Positions 7,671 to 13,958 of a stretch of DNA of 27,207 nt are shown here, piece after piece. The DNA is from a virus (Duplodnaviria; Caudoviricetes), in the IMG/VR virus record IMGVR_UViG_3300030097_000283, positions 1 through 27,207 of that record. One strand, written 5' to 3'. The stretch's first letter is position 1. Each line of letters begins with the position of its first letter. The notes beneath the pieces are model-generated. The model had not been told where the DNA came from. It did not search any database and was given only the letters and a program-made list of their open reading frames with translations. The position numbers and the translations under genes are program-made.

Positions 7671-7835
7671 ATGAGTGAGAAGCAAATAACTGTCTGTGTA
7701 CGTATTCCGAACGACTGGAATGAGACACTAAAAAGGCATGTAAAGACGATTCAACCTAGCATGTCGAAAGAAGCGTTGATCTATCGGCAGATTGCGGTGC
7801 TGGTCAAGAAGGTTCGCAAGATGGAGAGTGTGTAA
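7671..7835 (+). CDS. Ribbon-helix-helix (Arc/CopG-like) DNA-binding protein, not in ORF track
   Basis: MSEKQITVCVRIPNDWNETLKRHVKTIQPSMSKEALIYRQIAVLVKKVRKMESV; alternating beta strand then two helices; AAGGAG RBS; TAATG overlap with the next gene. Confidence 0.7.
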   Translation: MSEKQITVCVRIPNDWNETLKRHVKTIQPSMSKEALIYRQIAVLVKKVRKMESV

Positions 7836-8545
7836 TGATAAAAGTAGAAAGCCCAAAATATTACTGGGAATTAGAGCAGAATACACCGGAATGGCTAAAA
7901 GCTCGTCTAGGCATCATCACTGCGAGCGAGGTCAATAGTATTGTAACACCAAAAGGCGCGATAAAAACCGGAAAAGGTGTCGATACATATAGGAATCAGA
8001 AGGTTTCTGAGATTGTCACAGGTCGAATTGCTGATCATTTCGAGTCATATGCCATGATGAAAGGGCATATCGGGGAGGTATACGCCATTGAAAGCTACTC
8101 CGAGAACTACGCTCCCACTCAATCTTGCGGGTTCATCACGCGAGAAATTGAAGGTGTAACGATTGGCGCATCACCTGACGCCATTGTCGGAGAGGATGGA
8201 GGTTGTGAGGTTAAAACCCTGATGCCTCATCTTCATGTCCAGACGATACTAGCTGATGCTGTACCAGAGGATCATATAAACCAAATACAGACGACCCTCT
8301 TAGTTTCAGGCCGTAAATGGTGGGACTATATTCAGTTCCAACCAGGCATGAGCTTATTTGTTAAAAGAGTGTTACCTGATCCAGTGCGTCAAGAGTTAAT
8401 TATAAAGGCGGTAAAAGAATTGAATGTTTCCATTGACGCCTCGGTGAAAAAATATAATAGTTTGGCAAGTAAGTTAGTTCCTACTGAATTTGTTGACATG
8501 AATATCGGTACCGAAAAAGAAATACAAATAGGAGAACAAGAATGA
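7835..8545 (+). CDS. YqaJ / lambda-exonuclease family recombination nuclease
   Basis: EQNTPEWLKARLGIITASE, GASPDA, EVK, QIQ, WWDYI motifs. Confidence 0.92.
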   Translation: MIKVESPKYYWELEQNTPEWLKARLGIITASEVNSIVTPKGAIKTGKGVDTYRNQKVSEIVTGRIADHFESYAMMKGHIGEVYAIESYSENYAPTQSCGFITREIEGVTIGASPDAIVGEDGGCEVKTLMPHLHVQTILADAVPEDHINQIQTTLLVSGRKWWDYIQFQPGMSLFVKRVLPDPVRQELIIKAVKELNVSIDASVKKYNSLASKLVPTEFVDMNIGTEKEIQIGEQE

Positions 8546-9135
8546 ATGAAGAAATTATCGACCTCTCAGAAACTATCGAGGCAAACAGCAATCAGCTTAA
8601 CGCCATCGACCTGGTTGCATCACCTAGAACAATCACAATCACCGGAGTAAAGAAGGGTGCTGCGGATCAGCCCGTATCAATTAGCTTTGAAGGTGACAAT
8701 GGTAAGCCGTGGATGCCATGTCTCGGAATGCGTCGAGTATTGGCTAAGGTCTGGGGATTAGACGGGCGCAAATACATTGGGCAGAAGGTTACGTTATTCA
8801 ATAACCCTACTGTTCGATGGGCGGGAAAAGAGATTGGCGGGATTCAGGTATCACACGCAACCGGCATAACCAAAGAAATCTCTATACCGCTCACCCTTTC
8901 ACGTGGGCAGTTTTCCACGATCAAGGTTAAACCCATCATCGCCAAGCCAAAAAACGCACTATCAGATGAGCAATTCGTTTCAATTAATCAGATGATTGTA
9001 GACGCTCAGAATATGGCAGAGCTTTCTGTGGTGGCTAAGACGATCAGCGAGGGGTATTACGACGATGAGGGTAAGGCTAAATTGCTGGAAGTATACCAGG
9101 CAAGATCAACCGCAATAAGAGGGGAAGCATCATGA
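8542..9135 (+). CDS. Exonuclease-partner protein of unknown function (candidate ssDNA-binding/annealing protein)
   Basis: Coupled to the exonuclease by ATGA; SNQLNA.DL...QPVSI.FEGDNGKPW.P...MRRVL...WG...GGI.VSH pattern. Confidence 0.7.
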   Translation: MNEEIIDLSETIEANSNQLNAIDLVASPRTITITGVKKGAADQPVSISFEGDNGKPWMPCLGMRRVLAKVWGLDGRKYIGQKVTLFNNPTVRWAGKEIGGIQVSHATGITKEISIPLTLSRGQFSTIKVKPIIAKPKNALSDEQFVSINQMIVDAQNMAELSVVAKTISEGYYDDEGKAKLLEVYQARSTAIRGEAS

Positions 9136-9353
9136 GCGTTTATATTGAAGAGTTAGAATGGCTTAGAGATAAAAACAACAGCGTCAGAGCCACGCGGGTT
9201 ATCAAGGTGGCACGCAATAAGGAGTTACACCGTTTAAGCCTTCAGAGTGACGCGGAGGCAGTTTTAGAGGGTGAAGAGGCAATACACGCTGAGTGGGAGG
9301 AGTTACTTGATAATGATTCCTTTATAGATGACGAAGATGGGGAGGGAATGTAA
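9132..9353 (+). CDS. Hypothetical protein, acidic C-terminus
   Basis: Stop/start overlaps on both sides. Confidence 0.7.
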   Translation: MSVYIEELEWLRDKNNSVRATRVIKVARNKELHRLSLQSDAEAVLEGEEAIHAEWEELLDNDSFIDDEDGEGM

Positions 9354-9877
9354 TGAAAGAAGAAGCACGAAAAAGAAAAGACACGCCTGTATATTCTGGC
9401 TTTATGAAGTACTTTCCGCTGGCTATGCAGGAGGTGGCTCGATGCTCGAAGGCAGGAAACGATCAGCACAATCCAGACATGCCTCTCCATTGGGATAGAA
9501 GCAAGAGCGGGGATGAGCTTGATGCTTTGTCTCGGCACTTGTTAGATGCGGGGACAATAGACACGGATGGTATTCGGCACAGCGCAAAAATAGCTTGGAG
9601 ATCAATGGCCAATCTAGAGAAGGAGCTGGAAACCGCCGAGGTGAGGGAACCCAATATCAGAAGGTTTATCGACCGCGTATCTGGGGAGACCTTTGTATGC
9701 TCTGGTGGGGGCGAACAGCTAGAGGCTTGTCTTAAAAGCTTAGCTAGAGGTAATTGTTTTGAGGTGAATGAGGAGGAGCATGATGTTTCTTACTGGTTCA
9801 ATCCTAATGACGGGGAGTGCTTCCGAGTGAATGTTGATGGGAGTGTTTCGCCGAGTCGCATCGAAGTCTTGATGTGA
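9353..9877 (+). CDS. DUF5664-like (dATP/dGTP diphosphohydrolase N-terminal-type) domain protein
   Basis: YFP.A..EVA..S..GN.QH...W.......DAL.RHL......D.DG..H.A..AWR..A.L pattern. Confidence 0.72.
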   Translation: MKEEARKRKDTPVYSGFMKYFPLAMQEVARCSKAGNDQHNPDMPLHWDRSKSGDELDALSRHLLDAGTIDTDGIRHSAKIAWRSMANLEKELETAEVREPNIRRFIDRVSGETFVCSGGGEQLEACLKSLARGNCFEVNEEEHDVSYWFNPNDGECFRVNVDGSVSPSRIEVLM

Positions 9878-9905
9878 TGTTTGGCTACAGATGGGGGAAA
9901 ACAAA

Positions 9906-10118
9906 ATGAGTCAGTCAAGGAAGGGCTCGCTGTTTGAGGCTTTGGTTAATATAGCAATAGGCTACACAATTAATCTCGGTGCTCAGATGGTTATACTTCC
10001 TTTGTTCGGTGTTATGGTAGAGTTTAAGACGAATATAGGGATTAGTTTGTGCTTCACTGCCATTAGCCTGGTTAGAAGCTATTGCATAAGAAGGTTATTT
10101 GATAAAGGAGAAGAATGA
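9906..10118 (+). CDS. Small two-TM membrane protein (DUF7220-like)
   Basis: SQSR..SL.EA..N..IGY......Q....PLFG...S..RSY..RRLF. Confidence 0.72.
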   Translation: MSQSRKGSLFEALVNIAIGYTINLGAQMVILPLFGVMVEFKTNIGISLCFTAISLVRSYCIRRLFDKGEE

Positions 10119-10189
10119 TGGGTTGGATGATTATAGGTTTATTGTTGTTGTTTATTGGGTTTGGTTTGTTTTTTTGGCGGGAGGGGTAG
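10115..10189 (+). CDS. 24-aa single-TM micro-protein
   Basis: MMGWMIIGLLLLFIGFGLFFWREG; AAGGAG RBS; ATGA overlap. Confidence 0.55.
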   Translation: MMGWMIIGLLLLFIGFGLFFWREG

Positions 10190-10192
10190 AAT

Positions 10193-10288
10193 ATGGGCTA
10201 TGAAATAGAACGCTGCCCTTATTGTCATCAACAAATATTCCACACGGAGGCATGCATTAAAAAGAAGGAAGAGGAGAAAACGAAATGA
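10193..10288 (+). CDS. 31-aa CxxC/H/C micro-protein
   Basis: MGYEIERCPYCHQQIFHTEACIKKKEEEKTK; GGAGG RBS; ATGA overlap with the next gene. Confidence 0.55.
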   Translation: MGYEIERCPYCHQQIFHTEACIKKKEEEKTK

Positions 10289-10491
10289 AACAACCAAAAA
10301 ACTCGCTAAGGGTTATAAAAGAGGCTGGGGAGTATTGGATAGACGTTGAGGCTGACGATGGGGCAATGTGGAGTGCGGCTATATCCAGAGGTCTCTCGAA
10401 GGGTGTTGCATTGAGTCAGGCTCAGCGCAGACTTAAGAGGCTTCTAAGGGAGGTTGATAGGAAAATAAAGGAAAAAGAAAATGGAATATAG
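10285..10491 (+). CDS. Hypothetical protein
   Basis: 68 aa; GAGGAG RBS. Confidence 0.7.
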   Translation: MKQPKNSLRVIKEAGEYWIDVEADDGAMWSAAISRGLSKGVALSQAQRRLKRLLREVDRKIKEKENGI

Positions 10492-10503
10492 TCTATAACA
10501 CAG

Positions 10504-10537
10504 AGCCCCTTGCCTTAATTGGTGAGGGGTTTTTTTT
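10504..10537 (+). terminator. Intrinsic terminator of the rightward operon
   Basis: AGCCCCTTGCC-TTAATT-GGTGAGGGGTT followed by a T run. Confidence 0.85.
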
Positions 10538-10574
10538 GTCATGTATATGTAGACTAATGCTTCGCTATTCTATG

Positions 10575-10608
10575 AAAAAACAAACCCGTGACGTAGATTG
10601 TGTTACGG
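10575..10608 (-). terminator. Possible terminator of the late operon
   Basis: CCGTAAC-N9-GTCACGG (one mismatch) followed by GTTTGTTTTTT. Confidence 0.5.
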
Positions 10609-10758
10609 CTGGCTCAATGCATTATTAGCCTTAGACGACTCATTACACACCTTAACCCTTGAAAGTGGCTCAGATTGGCTACGTCTGGCTCTGTCACGCT
10701 CCTGCTCTTCCTTCTTACGCTCAGCTCTTGCTCGTTCGTCGTAGATTAAATCCCTCAA
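10603..10758 (-). CDS. 51-aa charged hypothetical protein (TTG start)
   Basis: TTGA overlap with the upstream stop; MRDLIYDERARAERKKEEQERDRARR... Confidence 0.4.
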   Translation of the reverse strand: MRDLIYDERARAERKKEEQERDRARRSQSEPLSRVKVCNESSKANNALSQP

Positions 10759-10973
10759 CTCAACACCGTGACGCCTTCAATGCAACTACGAAGCAGGCAA
10801 AACGTTTCAACGTTGTGATCGTTCTCTAAATTATCCGTGTTCGCCCAAGTCTGGATCACCACGTAATGCTTGTTAATCTTAGAGACTCGCCCCCATACAT
10901 AAAAACGCATAGGCTCCGTTGCTCCCTTGCAATGATCCCAGAACTCAACTTGAACCGTATTGCCTAGCTTCAT
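10755..10973 (-). CDS. Small beta-barrel-like hypothetical protein
   Basis: 72 aa; V.VEFWDH...V.G.V pattern; ATGA overlap; GGAGG RBS. Confidence 0.7.
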   Translation of the reverse strand: MKLGNTVQVEFWDHCKGATEPMRFYVWGRVSKINKHYVVIQTWANTDNLENDHNVETFCLLRSCIEGVTVLS

Positions 10974-11443
10974 GCTGCGCCCTCCTCTGATACTGCCTCA
11001 AGTAGTTGAAGGCTTTGGAGTACGCTTGCAGGGTTCTCCATAAACGGCTTGCGTCTGCTTAAAGGATAGGCCACCTTCCACAGCACGTATGACACAAGCT
11101 CGGCGCATTGCCATTTATCGAGGCTGTGTTTTTTTCTGTGTGCAACAAAAGAGCGTATCGCTTTCCAATCATAGTCCGTACCCACTAGAGACAACGCTAA
11201 TTCGTGCGCCTCCATGATCTGTTCGAAATTTAAAGGAACTTCATATTCCACAAAGGACATTTTGCCTTCGGTGTGTGGTGGATGAGCAATCACCCCTTTG
11301 CGCTGGATGGCCTCCACCTCCTCAACGCGCCCGCCACCTGTGTCAAACACTAATGACACATGACTAAACTCTGATCGAGTAAACCATTTGATAATTGGTG
11401 AACCTAAACCCTGCCCTCTATAACCTCTTACTTTTACATACAT
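10970..11443 (-). CDS. Permuted papain-like NlpC/P60 amidase (YiiX/YaeF-like)
   Basis: FSHVSL (His) precedes G..YD and KWQCAELV (Cys): permuted catalytic order. Confidence 0.82.
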   Translation of the reverse strand: MYVKVRGYRGQGLGSPIIKWFTRSEFSHVSLVFDTGGGRVEEVEAIQRKGVIAHPPHTEGKMSFVEYEVPLNFEQIMEAHELALSLVGTDYDWKAIRSFVAHRKKHSLDKWQCAELVSYVLWKVAYPLSRRKPFMENPASVLQSLQLLEAVSEEGAA

Positions 11444-11445
11444 GA

Positions 11446-11613
11446 TTAACCCTCGCCTTCTTTAAGGCTAATATGCTTACCTTTCAACTCAATGTCAACA
11501 TCCTTACGCTTTAAATAGCCCGTAAGACGCTCCAGGCATATAATGATGGTGACGCACCTTATGAGGGTTTGAACGGTTGTGGCATTCGTTAGGATGGCTG
11601 CAAAGTCTATCAT
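11446..11613 (-). CDS. 55-aa protein, hydrophobic N-half and charged C-half (possibly holin-like)
   Basis: MIDFAAILTNATTVQTLIRCVTIIICLERLTGYLKRKDVDIELKGKHISLKEGEG; fills the gap with 2-3 nt spacers. Confidence 0.55.
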   Translation of the reverse strand: MIDFAAILTNATTVQTLIRCVTIIICLERLTGYLKRKDVDIELKGKHISLKEGEG

Positions 11614-11616
11614 GGC

Positions 11617-11727
11617 TTATTTATATTTAACTCTAATTGGTTTTGGCTTCCTGAGCTTAACTTTTATTTTTGATGGTTTTTTTAAGCCTACTTTAATTTT
11701 TGGTGCTTTGTTGATTCGTACCTTCAT
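11617..11727 (-). CDS. 36-aa highly cationic peptide
   Basis: MKVRINKAPKIKVGLKKPSKIKVKLRKPKPIRVKYK; ATGA overlap; GGAG upstream. Confidence 0.6.
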   Translation of the reverse strand: MKVRINKAPKIKVGLKKPSKIKVKLRKPKPIRVKYK

Positions 11728-12077
11728 TGCGCTGTGATCTCCAGTTTTTTGACAAATAGCATTAGCTCGTCGTGGTTGTTTTGTTGTGATTGTTTAACGT
11801 CTGCAATCTCGCCCATAATAATTTGCTGACGAATCTCTGTTTTTGCGTTCTCTGCTTTTAATTCGTGGTACTGCTCTCGGCTTCGATGGAAAAGCTCAGC
11901 GTCTTTTTCTGAGTCTTCCTTAAACTCTGTACGTAATTCAAGATAGCCCGCCTCATTTCTAACAGACCTATCATCTGTGGCTTGATAAGAAGCCGAAGCC
12001 CCCCACACAACGCCAATGCTACCGAGGACGCCTATAGCAAACCTCACCCACATTTGTCTATTCAGCTCCTTCGTCAT
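11724..12077 (-). CDS. N-terminal TM + coiled-coil protein (holin/antiholin/spanin-like position)
   Basis: Hydrophobic FAIGVLGSIGVVWGA followed by a heptad-rich helix. Confidence 0.65.
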   Translation of the reverse strand: MTKELNRQMWVRFAIGVLGSIGVVWGASASYQATDDRSVRNEAGYLELRTEFKEDSEKDAELFHRSREQYHELKAENAKTEIRQQIIMGEIADVKQSQQNNHDELMLFVKKLEITAQ

Positions 12078-12081
12078 GACA

Positions 12082-12543
12082 CTAAATCTCCTCTACCGGA
12101 ATGCGCTCTTGGCATTCGTCTGCTGTTAAAAAATCTGCTTCTGTAATATTGAATACAGCCAAATAAGGAACCCATGCCATAACGTTCGATGCGGTTGTCC
12201 ATAAGTGTCTTGAGCGTCGGTTAAGCTTCTCATTAGAGGAAAGCTCTATGATGGCTGTCTCCCCTAAGTCCGCAACGCTCATTGTGAAGTCGCCAAGAGA
12301 CAGGCCGACAACGTTAGGGAGTCCGTCCTCATCCACCCCATGCTTTTTGTCGATTTCTTCTTGGGGAATGGGCATCAAAAGAAGCTCCTTCTCCACCTCA
12401 ATATAAGCCCTGCACGTTAGCGCGTTGATGATGTCTCCGCCCACTCTTGCTTTGATGGGTGTTATATAGTCAATGAGCGTCACCTCGTCCTCGCTCAGCT
12501 CACGGCCCGCATGCGTCTCTAAATGTTCTTGCGTGTATGTCAT
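12082..12543 (-). CDS. Acidic hypothetical protein, possible fibre chaperone
   Basis: 153 aa directly after the fibre/spike gene. Confidence 0.65.
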   Translation of the reverse strand: MTYTQEHLETHAGRELSEDEVTLIDYITPIKARVGGDIINALTCRAYIEVEKELLLMPIPQEEIDKKHGVDEDGLPNVVGLSLGDFTMSVADLGETAIIELSSNEKLNRRSRHLWTTASNVMAWVPYLAVFNITEADFLTADECQERIPVEEI

Positions 12544-12546
12544 GGC

Positions 12547-13788
12547 TTACCTTGTCTCTACTGTGTAAAAGCTATCCAGCTCTGCTGTGATATTCCCTGT
12601 TCCGGTCGCGTTTGCCACCTGCAACTTTACATAATCATTTTGATTTAAAAGGATATTATCAATCACGGTAAAGTAAGCGATATCTCTACCTCCCGCCTGC
12701 CTATCTATCACCCGTCTTGTGGTCTTCCCGTCTACAAATGACGATGTGGCATCTCTCCACACAACAACCTTTACATCAACCTCGCTACTTTGAACGCATT
12801 CAATTACCAATTGCCCCATAATCCTGTATTCAATGGGGGTTTTCCCTAAATGCCTCAGTTGTCCGGCTGACGGGCTGTCAAAATGCTGAAGCCCAGTGGT
12901 TCCAAATCCTCCCGCTAGGTCATAGAATGTTGACTGCACGGAAACTGCTGTTGCAGCCTCGCTTGTTACGTGCGTGGCTCCTCCAATAAACGTGTTCCCG
13001 ATGCCGTTGTTCCCGCTCCAGTCACAACTGAGATTGCTTGCCTCGATGTTCGGTGTTAGGTTTGCGTCCTCTATGTCAAACACCCCTTCTCTCGTTATAA
13101 TGCAACCCTGTATTTGTAGGGTTGAGGGATTTGCGAAGTTTGAACTTGAGAAGTCAAAGAACGAAGCAGATGCTGGAAGGTCAATATTCTGGTTGCTTCT
13201 GAAGCGTGATGACATAGCGAACCCCGCCCCCGCTGTGTACAGGTTGCCACTCCAGTCATTAAGGCTTCTCACAATGGACGTGTCAATAAACCATCCACCC
13301 GCCCAATCTCCTTTCAAGGTTAACTCTGGTGTACCTCCAAATCTGCCTGTGCCGTCCTCTAATCCCTGCCTATAATTATCGATAGTTCCTAGAGATGTGC
13401 AGTCGATGAAGTTGACCATGTTCATTTCGATGGCATCAAGGCCCGTATCGCTTACTAGGTCGAACACCTCAGAGGATGCGCCGGAGGCTTCTAAGGCCAC
13501 ATTGCTAAGATGGATATTCCCAGATCCACCCACCGGAGAGGTGAACATTGTATAACTAGAACTTGAGCTAACGAGCTGAGACACGTCATATGTGAACCCC
13601 TGAATGGAGATGCCACCCGAAGGAACCTCAATGGATGTCGCCCCCATATCAATGATTCCGTCAATGACATAAATCTTTGTGCTGTCAATAGTCCCAAAGT
13701 CGCTCGCCTGCTTCACTGTGATAACTGTATTTGGGTCATTGTCTAAAATAACCTGAAGCTCTGCTGTCGTCTGTGTGAGTTGTCCCAT
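12547..13788 (-). CDS. Virion fibre/spike protein (beta-rich, C1q/TNF-like C-terminus)
   Basis: G/S/T-rich; C-terminal ILLNQNDYVKLQVAN motif; ACGGAG RBS supports the MGQLTQ start. Confidence 0.65.
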   Translation of the reverse strand: MGQLTQTTAELQVILDNDPNTVITVKQASDFGTIDSTKIYVIDGIIDMGATSIEVPSGGISIQGFTYDVSQLVSSSSSYTMFTSPVGGSGNIHLSNVALEASGASSEVFDLVSDTGLDAIEMNMVNFIDCTSLGTIDNYRQGLEDGTGRFGGTPELTLKGDWAGGWFIDTSIVRSLNDWSGNLYTAGAGFAMSSRFRSNQNIDLPASASFFDFSSSNFANPSTLQIQGCIITREGVFDIEDANLTPNIEASNLSCDWSGNNGIGNTFIGGATHVTSEAATAVSVQSTFYDLAGGFGTTGLQHFDSPSAGQLRHLGKTPIEYRIMGQLVIECVQSSEVDVKVVVWRDATSSFVDGKTTRRVIDRQAGGRDIAYFTVIDNILLNQNDYVKLQVANATGTGNITAELDSFYTVETR

Positions 13789-13958
13789 TTTCAAATCTCC
13801 GTTGTCGTTAATTAACTGTCTGCGCCATCTATTAGTGATGAGGTGAGGCTGTTAGCCTTTTAATTTATGGTGCTGTGAATATAATATACCCGTCTCAGTT
13901 TAGTATGTAATCCCCATTGCCGTCTAAGATGAAATCCCCATTGCCGTCTCTAAGAGCA

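Noticed and set aside
9353-9877. Z-genome (2-aminoadenine) or other base-modification system
   Set aside because: No purZ, HD-family dATPase or polymerase in the window; this domain alone is not diagnostic.
10549-10628. Fourth TAGAC promoter on the + strand with a short ORF at 10572
   Set aside because: Lacks ATCATAC, no good -10 at 17 nt, and the ORF is 18 codons without an RBS between converging terminators.
13895-13897. Genome-wide TGA reassignment
   Set aside because: Many genes end in TGA with ATGA start overlaps and long genes are intact under the standard code; any readthrough would be local.
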